NCBI GenBank assembly: GCA_008632985.1
Contig: QPGO01000015.1
Location: 125,998-189,997 of the forward strand
DNA: 64,000 bases
Direction: 5' to 3'
Source: Psammoneis japonica
Taxonomy: Eukaryota
The position numbers and the translations under genes are program-made. Below, piece after piece: positions 48,141 to 60,652 of this stretch. Every line of letters starts with the position of its first letter. The stretch's first letter is position 1. The notes beneath the pieces were generated by a model. That model was given only the letters and a program-made list of their open reading frames with translations. It ran no database searches and was not told the DNA's origin.

Positions 48141-51100
48141 GATGGGCTGACAGAAGAGTCAGATGAAGAATCAGAAGAAGATCCAGAAAGGGACAAATCA
48201 TCCACTGAAGGTCATGGAGAACTGAGACTGATGAATGAGGCAGACAGACTGCCAGGCAGAGTGACAAGGAGGAGTGGCACAAGATGTGGTGCAGCAATGA
48301 CGTGAAATCACTGGGACACTGAGAGAACAAAGTTTGGGTTGCAGGAGTGACAGACACAGCAACAGAAAAGGAGTGCAGAAAGCTTGAGTGCTGCATTCAC
48401 TTGAGAACTGACATTGGCTCAAATCCAGAGGATGACAATGTCAAATGTGATGCAGATGCAGGAATGACAGTGGCAGCTCACATGTGAGATCAACGGCCAA
48501 CTCCAATCAGAAAAGGGTGTTTCCTTTGCCCAGCAGTGCCCACTGCATGAGGCCCAACAGCATTTGGCCAGAGGACATGAAGCCCCAGAGAAAGAAGCAA
48601 AACAGCTGCATGACAGAGTGTGCTTTGCACTGATCTCAGTGAAAGACATGTCTCCGACTGAAAGGAGGATGAAGGCCATGATTGCCTTGATGTTCCTGAT
48701 GGAGAAGCACAATGGTCACACAAAAGGGCAATGGTTTGCAGTGGGAAACCAACTGGGGAATGGCTGGACAAGGAAGATTTGGCTGACCCAACTGCATCAC
48801 TAGAAGGTGTGCTGACAACAGCTGCCATTGATGCAATGGAAGAGCATGATGCAATGTGGGCTGATGTGCTGAATGCATTCATGCAGACATGGCACATGGA
48901 TCTTGGAGCCAAAGGAAGGCAAAGACCAGATCACAGCAAAGACCGCAGGAGTGTTGGTCAACATGTTGGCAAGCATGATTGATCCCAACCTGTGCAGACC
49001 ATGCACAGTCATGGAAAAGAGGAAGAGAGTCCTCTCTGCATCCAAGTCATTAAAGCAACAGCATGTGGCACGTTGATCGCAGCTTTGCTGTGGCACAAGC
49101 AGCTCTGCAAAGACTTGGAGAAGATTGGGTTTAAGCTCAGCCTGTGCAATCCATGCATTGCCAATTGGTTGATCCACAGCAAGCAGCACACCACGCCTTT
49201 TCACATTTGCAAGCTGTTGTTGAGCCACAAGAACCTCAGCGTCAACGGCAAACTTTTGAGCCAACATGCATGGAATTTTTGGTGAGGTTGTCATGACATG
49301 AGGAAAGAAACATGACTGCCTTGGGATGACACTGGACTTCAGCCACAAGGGCAAGGTGAAAGTTGATGTGACCAACTGTGTCCACACAAGATGATTGATC
49401 AATTCCCAGACAAGATCAAGAGCACCAACACCATCATGATGCCAGCAGGGAGAACCTGTTTGATGCAGGCGGCACTAGAATGTCAGCCAAAAAAGCAAAA
49501 ACATTCCATGCACGGGTGGCCAAGGGACTGTTTGCACCCAAAAGAGGCCAGACAGATGTGCGCCCAACCATTGCAGTGCTGTGCACACAAGTCAAGGGAC
49601 CAACCAACAAGGGGGTTGGGGGAAGCTGGTTCATTGTCTCAAGCATTTGAACTGGACAAGAAATGAAGTTGCTGCATCAAGTGCAAAGGACCTCTGAGTT
49701 GTCAAGTGGCACGCAGATGCATCATGTGAAGTGCACCTGGATTTCAAGACCCCTGCCGGAGGAGTTGTGACTGTGGGCAATGGAGCAGTGTGCAGGCCAT
49801 GTCAAAGCAACAGAAGCTCAACACCCAAAGCAGCACAGAAGCTGAGCTGGCAGGAGTTGACAATCCCACAACTGTGGTGCTGTGGACAAAGTTGTTCATG
49901 GAGCACCAAGGCTGTCCAATCAACAAAAACATCCTTTCTCAGGGCAATCTCAGAGTGCAGTGCTGTCCCACCAATGACATTCTTGGAGACTTCTTCATGA
50001 CTCAGCCCTCACAGGCCAGGGTGAGCAGTTTTGAAAACTGAAGAGAGCCATTCTGAGCTGTTGACATCAACAAGCATGACAGGAGCATTTCCTGTTTGTG
50101 ATGTCAGACAAGAATTCTGATGCATGTGGGTGAAAGAACCCTGCAATCTGGAAGATGCATTGAGCCGTGTGGTTCAACCAACCACCATTGTTCATTTTGA
50201 CATGAACCATGATGATCTCAATGGCCATTTGTGCCAATCCTGAAGAGGAAGATGCAAAGTGGGCTGTGGAGAAGCTTGAGCCAAATGATGTGTTCATGCA
50301 ATGGTGGCCACAACAGCATTTGGATGAGTTCCCAAAGTCAGACAAACTGTCAACAAGAGAAAGGAAAAGGCCATGAGACAAAGATTTCCAGAAGGCACTG
50401 GAAGAACATGACAAATGAAAGCAAGGTCATTGACATGCATTTGTTTGTGATCAAGTTCATGGAAGGCTGAGAGGAGAACTGGAACTCTTGGTGAGGACTT
50501 CCAGAAGAGCACGGGAAAGAATTTGAGTGAATGTGGCATGAGCTGTGGACAGCAAGACACAAAAAACAATGGGACACATGCACAAGGTGAAACAGCACAG
50601 ATGGTCCAATCATGCATGCATGACATTGTGTGTCCACTGCTGCACTGATGATCTCCTCACTTGACAATGGAGAGGAGACATTGACCGTGGTCAAGGACTT
50701 TGCAAGAGCAGCACACAAGACCAAAAAATGTTGGCAAGTTGAGATGACACAGGCACAAGGACTTCCATGTTTCAGGCTGTGACTCCAGCTGAGTGATGGC
50801 TTTAACCCAAGAGAACAACACAACATGAAAATGATTGTGGAGCCACACAGTGACAAACTCCATTTTGCATTAGATGCAAAGGACACCCGCTGCATGGGAA
50901 GGCTGTCAACATCAGGCTGTCCCACACACAGCATGGGTCATTGCAGGACATGCGAACCTTGCTCTTGTGAAGCTCACCACCAACCATCCCATGGAAACTT
51001 AAAAAAAAGTGGCAACTTGGGTTGTTGTGAGACAACAACAGAGGAGTTGTCTTTGATGCTTTGAAGCTGGCACAATTCTTCAAGCACAAAAATGTCAAAG

Positions 51101-51461
51101 CAAGGCCTCACAAGGAACAGACTTGTCACAATCTGGAGTTCTTTGAGTTGGGCCATGGAGTCATCAACAATTGGGTGATGGAGTCAATCAGACATGCCAG
51201 CCCACACAGCATTGCTGTGCAAGAGAAGACTTGGCATGCTTGTGTGAAGTGTTTCATGGATCAAGCATGCAAGATCACAAATGCATTTAACAATTTGCAG
51301 AGTCCACATGTTTGCAGGCTGAGTGGACATGCCAACGGAAGCATTGAAATGACCAGCAGGCCAGGAGGGCATGTTGTTGAGAACAAGGAGAAAATGCAAA
51401 GCCAGAGCATCAAGAGATGAAGTTGAGTGTGTGCAGAAAATTGGTGCAAGAGGCAGGAGTG

Positions 51462-51964
51462 TGTTGGAACAATTTAGAAGAAGGGAAATTTAGGAAAATC
51501 CCAGGTGCACTGAAGAAAAGACATTGTTGCTCCTCCTGACATGCTGGAGGATGTGGTGACTCACCAAGTGCAAAGGTGTGCCATCACCAAGCTGACCCCA
51601 TCCATTTTGACATTCTCACTCTTTGGAGTGAATCATTTGGCTCATCAAAAATGTGCGATCGCATTGCATCGGTGTTGCTGGAGAAATGCACTCTGACCCT
51701 GTCCACAGTTGTGGATTGAACGGCATGCCAGGCATTGTCAAAAGCTTGGTGCAGGCAGCAGTTGGCAAGGGCTGTGTAAATTTTAAGATTGAGTTGAATT
51801 GCATTGGTGTTGCTGGACACACCTGTCACATTGCAAGATTGAAGTTTGCACAGACAACTTTTGCAGGCAACCCACAGCCATGCAAGCAGCCAAGGTGAGT
51901 GCAATGAGAGCACAGGAAGGCACACATGATTCCCGTTTGGTGCCACCAACTTGCTGGTTCAACA
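51462..51964 (+). repeat. 3' LTR, about 140 bp longer than the 5' LTR
   Basis: TGTTGGAACAA...CTGGTTCAACA after the PPT, with an extra internal segment at ~51680-51810. Confidence 0.88.
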
Positions 51965-54900
51965 AAACCAGCATGATGTGGCTGTCCTGTGGTGCACAAC
52001 AAGGTGGGGCATGCCCTTGACCAGCAAACTAAAGATGCCACATGGTCATTCAAAAATGCAAGAAGCCCGTCACAGCTTGGCTGATGTGATCTTGGTCGAG
52101 GTCAGAGAGACTTGCTTTCCCAGCCCACAGGATGACCTTGAAGTTCATCAAAGTCAATGTTTCCACACTCCCAAAGAGCAGAGGTTCAGCAAAGGTGCCA
52201 CATGCATCTGGAGCAACACAACAAAAATTGTCCCAACAATGAACACAGCTGCCTGCCCAGGAGGATGAGAGAGTGGCTCTTGTGCTTGTGGCAATGCCAC
52301 ATGAGCCTGCCATTGCTGATGATTTGCTGCTTTCCAGTTTTGCCAAAAGCCACACTGTGGCAGCACAGGAGCAAATCAGTCGGGTCAAAATCTTCATCAC
52401 AAGCCTTCACAACAAGCCCGGGAGTTGCTGACAACAAAGATGATGTTTGAAGCAAAATTGGCAGTGGCTGTGCACCAGAGGTCATGTTGCCAGACTTCCT
52501 GGAGATCGCATGCCATCATTCCTCAACAATCTTGGAACACTGGGGACAATGACCCACAAAAAACACAAGAAAAGTTGAGAATGCTGACATTCATGCCAAG
52601 ATGAACAGTTGTTGAGGCACTTGGCAGCTGATCATTGAACTTAGCTGAAAGCACAAATCTCGCCAAAAACTTGTTGGCACAAGCTGGGAAAAATGCAATG
52701 ACTTGGTGAAAAGCATCCGTGATCAGCTTGGTCACAAGGTGGGCCTGCAAAACTTCATTCTTTGAATCCTCAAGGATTTCACCAAAGACCAACTTGATTC
52801 TTCCCAGCACAATCACTTCAGATCCAGCAGCCACCTTGTGGCAAAAAGCAAAAAAGCAATGGGCTTTGGCATCAGATGCTTTCTCTTCAAGTGATTGTTT
52901 TTCTTGGTCTCAGGAGTTTTGACACCACTGTTGGAGTGCTGTTGCAAGTTTTGATGGCAGCCAGAGCCAAAACTGGACAGTGGTTCTCAGTGACTGCAGC
53001 ACAACATCGGAGAATGTCTTGATGGGGGATTTGGATGCAGAGGCACATGCAACAGCCTGACAATCATTGCCGCCAAAGTTGTTGCCACAGTTGTGACAGA
53101 AAAAGTCAGCACACCTGGCAAAATGCAGCAGGCCCCTTGATTGAGGGAGAAGCCCCCACTCTGTGTTGGATGACACAAGCAATGATGGCTTTGCATCACA
53201 CAATCAAGGCCAGAAAATTGGCTGCCACGGTGAAGGTTCTTCTTGCCACCTGGGACAAACTCCTGATGGCAAGAATGACACCCCAGGGGGTGCTGCTGGG
53301 GGTGGAGTTGCTGCCGGGGGGGGGGGGGGGGGGCAACAATGACCAGCTGCTCAGCAGCAGCAGCAGTCATGGTGCTCCAAACAAAGGCACTCATGAGATT
53401 GAGGGTTGTTTGTGCCATTGGCAGGAGCTGGGCTCTCAATGTTGTCCAGAGGAGTCTTGGTGCCAGACAGGTTCAAGGTGATGTTGCCTGTTTTTGTTTT
53501 TGACAACAAGAAAGGAGACAACAAAATGTCCCTCAGAACACTCTTGATGAGACCTGTCATGGGGGTGTGACTTCACTGACAGTGTTTGAAAAATTCAGAC
53601 AAACTTGTGTTTGTGTCGCCACCATGATTGCTGACAAAAAAGGGGGTGGCTGCTTTGATGACAGGAACAGTGCAACCTTCATGGAGCACACAGAGGCAGC
53701 ACAGGTCAAATTGACTGTGGGCACAACAAAAAGTGTCAGAAGAGCTGGCACCATGACAAAGACAAGGAGTTGTTTGGTTGTGAGAACACTGTTTTTGGAG
53801 CTCAATGTTGAGGAACACTTGGCAGGGTGAAGTTTTCCAGTGCTCAATCACCACAAGGGTGCCAGCAGCCATGTGTGGTGCTGCAGAGGAGTGCAAAGTT
53901 GGGCAGAGTGGATCAGAGCACACATTTTGTGAACAGAGCTGAGGAACTGACTGACTCTGCAGTGGAAAACACAGAGGCGGCATGCCAGCTTCACATTCGA
54001 GGCTGGCTGCTTGCAAAAAATGTGGTCCAGAGAGGTGAGCATGAAAATGTGCACAACTGGGTGTCAGCAAATTTGTGTGAAAATGCTCCATGCAATGGAC
54101 AGGGGTTTGAGGTCTTGCCCAAACAACACTCGGAAGAAGACACAAGCACCATCAGAAGTCATTTTGCAGCACAAAAGATGCAAAATTTGGAGATGATGTT
54201 GCAATGGTCAAAAAGAAGATTCATTGTTGACCAACAAAAGACTGAAGACAACATTGATGACTGCAACAGAGGACAAGAAAAAATGGCATGAAGGCCATTT
54301 TTTGAATCAACCCTGGTGGCTGCAGGGCAAGCCATCAGAAGAGACCCAACACGATGTCAGCATGAGATTGGGCAAGAAGATTGCCCATGTTCTGATGCAG
54401 CAGATCAGAAAATCAAACCAGAGTTGAGATTGCAACCAGAATGGGATGGATGGTGGAGATTTTCCAAATCGAGCACAGCGGCAAAGTGGACTTTGCGGCA
54501 GCTGCTTGTTGAAAAGTCTGGCTTGCCAGCCTCGTCACCAAGCCAAGCAACGAAGGCAAAAAAGCTTCTCACACTCCAATGCAACATGCCAGAAAAGACA
54601 AAGCAGATTGAGATTGCAGACAAAAGTGACCAATCTGTGGAAATTTTCCGGATGTGGCACACAACAGCAGCAACACGGGTTTCTTTGTGGTGTTGCAAAG
54701 GGGCGAAATGGGGGGTCAAATGAAACTTTGAGGAGCAAAAAAAAAAAAAACACACACACACCAATGAATGCAGTGGTTCACGTGTGATTGCATGAGACAT
54801 GAAATCAACAAAACGAGATTGTCTGGCATTGTTGGCCCATTTTGGGTTGCCGCAACTGATCCCATCTCTTGGCCGGCTGCCGGCAGCAGTCTGTGTCCGT

Positions 54901-55010
54901 CTGTCCATTCCACTCTCATCATCTGTCGTCTGTCCATCCTGCTTCGCGGCAGAAGTGAGAAGTGAGAACCCGACACATGGCGGCAAGTGGGAGACAATGA
55001 TTTTAGACCT
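51965..55010. mobile_element. Hypermutated repeat/transposon relic DNA, class unresolved
   Basis: TpA is nearly absent until ~55000, where normal composition resumes. Some fragments look protein-like (53827-54291) but were not recognised. Confidence 0.5.
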
Positions 55011-55156
55011 AGCCTAATGCGGTGCGACAACAAACATCAACCCTCTTCAATTATCAAACTTTCATCTTTTCAGAAGTGTTTCCCTTTGCTGCTTTTCTGC
55101 TGTTGACCCAATCTGTCTTAACCTAAAAAGGACAAAGGTTTTTTCCGTCTTCAGTG

Positions 55157-56039
55157 ATGGTTTCCACCTCCGTTTCGAGAATGATGATGCTCACCGCATT
55201 CCTTTTGAGTGTGGCTCCGATCTCGTCACTTTGTTCTCTTCTAAGATGGCTTATGAAAGGTGGTAATGGAAATTCATTCTTTTACGTCGCTTCATTCACC
55301 GCAAGGACTGATGATCCAGCGTCGCAACTTTCGAATGTGCTTCAAAATCCTGATGCAACCATTGATGATGTGCTGGCAGTTGTGGCAAAACATCCACTTC
55401 TGTTCAACAGCAATCAATTGAGAATGCACCAATTTACCATCGTAGTACCATGGGCAATATCTCTGATACTAGGCGTAATTGTGCCTTGCATTCTGGCAGT
55501 ACGATCGCGCTTCCAGGAACAAAGCGGGAGGAGACGAGACTTTGACCACGAAATCGGTCGGCCATGGGGCCCAAGGTTGGATCGAAAAGAAGCTCGTCTG
55601 GCGCGTTTAGTACTGGCTCTCAGACAATACAAACAGGTGAGCCGTCGAAGTCGTTCATTTCTTTATTTGTCCACGGATATCTTTTTCACACTCGTACTGG
55701 ACGGTGTCTTTCTCGAATAATCTCTAGAAATTGGAGGAATGTGATTTCCTTGAACAACAGAATGCTGACGACAATGATGCTTGTAAAGTCAGGTTACCGG
55801 CACCTGGAGAGGCTCTTGATTTGGTAGAAAACTATAGGACTGTCGGTGCTGTTTGTGCTATATGTTTGGCCCCGTATGCCAGCGGTCAGGTTGTGGTTTG
55901 GTCGCAAAACCACAAGTGTCAGCACGTGTTTCACGAAGACTGCATCATGTCATGGCTTTTGAGAAAAAGAAAGCATAGCTGTCCATGTTGTCGGAGATCA
56001 TTTTTAAGGGCGACCAAAGACTATAACTCAACGAAATGA
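55157..56039 (+). CDS. Transmembrane RING-H2 E3 ubiquitin ligase (ATL-like); intron 55637-55727
   Basis: Exon 1 has a hydrophobic N-terminus and a TM segment. Exon 2 has CAICL...C.HVFHEDCI.SWL...CPCCR. The GT-AG splice keeps the frame. Confidence 0.9.
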
Positions 56040-56344
56040 GTAACAATAGGTCGCGCAACTTACGTTAATTTACACATTGCGAACCCAAGCTTGTGCTACA
56101 GTATTAGAAAACATCTTTGTAGGGCGATCAAACGCTAGAACTGGTGGTAAATACAATGCAACCTACAAAGACAATGCAATATTAACTTTTACACATTTTT
56201 ATTCGAAAGCATGCATATTCACATTCATATATCACGTAACAACTATGTACTTCAAATACCGGTAGAGTAGCTTGCATGGAGAGTTGTGAAACGACGCGTA
56301 TATGTGCCATGAAGATGCGTCGTGTAGCAGACGAAAATGCGCAC

Positions 56345-59111
56345 TCACAGATTGTCTTCGTCTTCGGAAGGACTCATCCCTCCATTGTAATCCATTGGTA
56401 CCTCGACGACAGTCCCTCGCGGAATCGGATCCATGGGTTCTTCCGAGTAGAAATCAGGTTCACTACTCGGGTCGCCCGGTTTTCTGGTTCCATTCCCATT
56501 GATCTTTGTGCGTACCATCTTCTGTGCCAGACTCGGCTTACCGCGTAAGAAGTTCGCGTGAAAGTAGGCCCCCTTATCTCGTCCGGCAGTAAATCTCGAA
56601 AATTGGTAAAGGTGGAGTTGGCGTTGAAAAGAAGAAAACTTGGTTTGACGAAAGTATTCGGGCATAAACTTCCGAACGAACTCAGCTTGATCGTGGACAA
56701 TGAAGGCTCGGCCGTGCGGCAACCAAGAGATTGCGCTCGTGTTGCCGTCAGCTTCGAACCTGTCCAACATCGACTGAAGCTTCAACGGGAAAGAGACATG
56801 CAGGTTTCCGAAATGCGGGTGTGCTCGGGAAGGTGATTCCTTGTTAGAAGAGATCAACACATGCTCAAGAGTACTTTTTAATTGATCTCGTGACGCCTGA
56901 TTCGTGCCTTCCTCTTCTTCGTACTCTTCTTCTTCCTCGGACTCCTCCTCCTCCTCCTCCTCATCTTCGTCAATGGAGCCTGAATCTCGTGGAACTGATG
57001 GCATCGCATAGAAGTTTGGTTCCATATCCGGATTACCAGCGGAGCGAATGCCGTTCCCATTTACCTTCATCCGCACCATGCGTCTACAGAGGAACTCCAT
57101 GCCTCTGAGAAACAGTGAGTGATAGTAAGCTCCCTTATCAGGTCCAGCGCTAAAACGATTGAAACCTAAGCGATCGCGAATCAAAGAAAACGAGGATGAG
57201 TGGATTGAAGATTAAAGAGGATCTACGAAGGCGAAGACATCGAAGCAGAAGAAACACGGAAAGCTCTCACCATACAAATTCAATTGTCTTAAGAAGCTTG
57301 ACTTCTTTGTCATTTGGCAGTAATTCGGTAGAATGACATCAAGGAACTCTTGGTGCTTGTGTATCTTGAAACAGCGCCCGTGAGATAACCATGAGATGAT
57401 GTGACCATGCCCATCCTTTTCGATCTGAGAAAGCATTTGATGTAGCTTGACTGGGAAGGCAGTGCCAACCGTTTTCCCACGTGCTGAATACAAGGGCGAC
57501 TCAGACATTGGCGGTGCCTTCTCTAAGGAGTGGTCGTGATATTTGTGCTGGACGAATTGTCTTCTGTTGTTCTTGGCAGTCTTACCCGGGCGGAGCTTCT
57601 TATACGGCACGGGTGGTGATCCTTTTTCCTGACGATCACGTGATGGTGACGTGGGCTTGGCTTGGTCGTTTTTCGTTGTCACAACGGGCGAAGTAACCCG
57701 TTTCGGAGAAGCATCATCATCGGGGCGAAGTCTGTCCCCAACTGCTCCCAGAGATGACGGGCGCTCGCTGACCTCCTGGCTAATCCTCGCTAGCATTTCC
57801 ATTGAATCAACACGAGGTCCGGCGGCCGCGGCGACACCCTCGCGCCGTCCTTCTTGGCTCTGCAAAAGTCCAGAGTCTGCAGCGGTTTTTTGCGCTTGCT
57901 GCGCTTGCTTTATCTGCTGTTGCTGCAATGCCGCTACAGCGGCTCTCTCCACCGCACTCCTTTGCGCATCTGCGTTTGTTTGAACCGTCACACAGGCGAC
58001 GGCGGTGCATATGCTGACGTCTGGGTCGTCTTTTCCTGTTGACGAATGGAATAACCATGATTGATTCGTGAGGTGCGTGTGCTCAAGCATTCAATGTTTC
58101 CCGAATCTGAGCTGTCTTACCTGACACTGCTAAGCCCCCTACGACCACGTCAACAGGGAGTATCGGAATTGATCGAGGAAGAACTGATGCTATCCTACTC
58201 ATGTCAACAATCATGGGCTCCACTCGTGTCAAGACATCGGACCGGGGTGGAACGCCAATCTTCACGTGGATCTGAAACGGGCTGCGATGCACGTTACCAG
58301 TGGCATTTGGCGGAAGACGAACAGTACTACGTTCCATAGCATCTCGTAAGGCTCGAACGGCTGCCTCGGTGGCATCCCAGTTGTTGTGCATGGACTGCCT
58401 TGGATCTACACCAAATCCAACGGTATATAAAAGCGTCTGAGGCATACCTGCAATGGAAGAAGGCTCGGGAACCTGGGTTCTACCCAAGCCAGCCATAGGA
58501 GTTGGTTGCGGGGGCTCGACTTGCGTTCTACCGAACCCTTGGAGCGCAGCAAGTGCAGCCCAAGCCATTGGCATATTTGAAGCAACGCCATTCGCACCTA
58601 CTGCAGCTGGACCTACAGTAGCTGGTCCACCCACTGGCAACAGACCTTGATTCATATTCAAAGCTGCCGCAAGGTCGGCCGGGAGGATGCCCGCGGTCTG
58701 CGGAAGGATCCCGGTGGGGAAGCCACTTTGAAGCTTAGGAGATTGCTTTCGGATGTCTTCTTTGGATGCCTTGGGACGCAACGGGGGTTGCTGCTGAACT
58801 CGGGGGAGGGTGTGGTTCGACTGAGACCACTCGGTGTTCTCTTCTTCAGCATCAGCGACATCATCTTCATCTGAGACCTTCTTGGCTCGCGGTTTCCTCC
58901 CCCCATCATCGTCGTCGTTATCATGGTCTCCTCCAGTGGACTCTTCTTCATTCATCTCACGTTTCCTCTTTCCAACAACTTTTGCTTCATCTCCCGCTTC
59001 ACCTTCGGCCTCGTCCTCGACTATGGGGGTCGCTATGACCGAAGCGCCTGGATTAACACCCAGCGCATCTCCACGGACTAATCCAAACCGATCTTTGACT
59101 GATCCCCTCAT
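56345..59111 (-). CDS. Lin0512-like domain + two HSF DNA-binding domains; introns 58036-58120 and 57166-57270
   Basis: Both GT-AG introns give in-frame joins (VSG/KDD and NLYG/FNR). The HSF DBDs are FPVKLHQML...ISWLSHGRCF...SSFLRQLNLYGF and FPLKLQSML...ISWLPHGRAF...SSFQRQLHLYQF. Exon 1 has GFGVD...DATEAAVRALRDA...VKIGVP...VVGGL. Confidence 0.88.
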
Positions 59112-59558
59112 TGACGCTATCTTTCTATGATTCAATCGATTCCAACTAATCTCGATACCGTTGATAAATGTATGCGTTAGTTTGCAGTCACAATGTTCAC
59201 TGCGCTTCTGGTTGCATTGCGGTAGTTTTTTGTTGTGTGGTGACTGAAAAACGAACTTGCTGAACGAACGTGACACAATCAACGCGTAGAATACATACTG
59301 GAATTCCCGTAGAAAAGAGGGAAAAATCAGAACTCATGAGAACCGCGTGTCACAGCTGTGCGCTGAACACGATCCCTTCGCGATTGCGTGCGTCAGAAAA
59401 GAGGATTCACTTTGTTCGTACATGAATGATTGTGATAAAAGGTTCGCATTCTAAAATATAAACATCAATACCGAACATAATGACACTATAACGGACGACG
59501 GAGCTACGGTTCCCGCGCAAATCGGTGCGGTCGGTACCATACCGTATGTTGCTGTTGG

Positions 59559-60305
59559 TCAGCATCCATCGCGAGTGGAGTAGGTTGTGTGGCTTTTCTG
59601 TTGTGAGGACCCGTTATCATAACCAAGGGATACACTAGCGGCAACGCAAATTGCAGTATCATCGGTGTCACCCAGTTCCTCCACCACTCGTCCAGTTGGA
59701 AAAGACAAACCTCCAATGACTATTTCTAGAGGCATCAGCTTACCATACGGAAAAACCTTGGCAACTTCAAGTACATTCACCGGTAGTGGATCGCCCCCAT
59801 CAAAGGAAGGAACGCCTAATTTAACTTGTATCATCATTTCTTTACGACCTCCGGGTATGGCTTCGATAACACCTGGTATAGAGTTAAACTCAATTGCATT
59901 CCTCACTGCTCGAACTGATGCCTTTGTTGCATCTTGATTTCCATGCTGGTCTACACCGAACCCTAACTGCACAAACATAAGATTGGTTAGCTGCCCATCA
60001 TTTACCAAGCGCGCACCTAAGCCCAGCGCTTCCCACTCTTTCGACCAAGATGGCCGGCTTTCCTGTGACGACTCAGTCCAGGACGAAAAGCGCCGGGTTT
60101 CCATCTTGGAAAATAAAGATCTCCTTGATTGGGTTTCGTACTGAGTGGTCTCTTCACTCGAGACCGCTTGGATGTCCACAACTGGCACCTGACCATCATG
60201 CCGACGAAAGCTTCGTATGCTTGATCGCCAATGAAAAAATGAAGAATCAGCTGTAGCCAACCATCGGTGAAACAAAGGACCGGCTTTCTGCGATTTCTTG
60301 TACAT
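59559..60305 (-). CDS. Lin0512-family protein with N-terminal extension (possible organellar targeting)
   Basis: FVQLGFGVDQHGNQDATKASVRAVRNAIEFNSIP...VKLGVP...VFPYG...IGGL matches the Lin0512 family pattern. The N-terminus is R/S/F-rich. Confidence 0.85.
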   Translation of the reverse strand: MYKKSQKAGPLFHRWLATADSSFFHWRSSIRSFRRHDGQVPVVDIQAVSSEETTQYETQSRRSLFSKMETRRFSSWTESSQESRPSWSKEWEALGLGARLVNDGQLTNLMFVQLGFGVDQHGNQDATKASVRAVRNAIEFNSIPGVIEAIPGGRKEMMIQVKLGVPSFDGGDPLPVNVLEVAKVFPYGKLMPLEIVIGGLSFPTGRVVEELGDTDDTAICVAASVSLGYDNGSSQQKSHTTYSTRDGC

Positions 60306-60652
60306 TGCTGGCACTACTGTTCAGATCGGTGGTTTACTTCGTGGTAAGACTTCAGCATTCAGTATCACAAGTTGACAGGGAGCAGAGAGTTGCAGAAGAC
60401 CGCGGCGATCGCCGACGGCCGGTAGAATTCAGGTGGAAAGGCGCGCGGAATTTTTCGCGATCGAACGGATCGAACGGATCACAAAAATCGGATTCCGCGC
60501 CGCCACCTGGCCGCCACCTCACTTCTTCTCCACAGTCGTCCTCAGTGCTCTTTTTCTCTCTTCGCAACTGTCGTTTGCAATGCCAAAAAGCGACGCTCGA
60601 ATTTGCCTACAAGTAATAGTAGCTCTATCATCGGAAAAAGAATAGGCCCGCC

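Larger units (their letters stand above)
43887..51964 (+). mobile_element. Full-length degenerate Ty1/copia (CoDi-type) LTR retrotransposon, ~8.1 kb
   Basis: Paired LTRs, with near-matching 5-bp flanks AGACC/AAACC. Domain order is gag, integrase (NHVPE.E..VDTIKE), RT (KQLHDR..F, GKPTGEWL.KED...PTASLE, ADVLNAFMQ) and RNase H (KQQKLNTQSSTEAELAGVD, CPTNDILGDFF). PPT GCAGGAGTG precedes the 3' LTR. Confidence 0.92.

Noticed and set aside
50825..51180. SET-domain-like look of FALDAKDTRCMGR
   Set aside because: The homologous copy at ~8240-8300 lacks the DA..GR motif and conserves a different pattern (RLS...CP). No NHSC-like motif is present.
53316..53333. Poly-G run (also at 5886 and 14258) as a G-quadruplex signal
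   Set aside because: Homopolymers within relic DNA, one adjoining an assembly gap. Lengths are unreliable and there is no supporting context.
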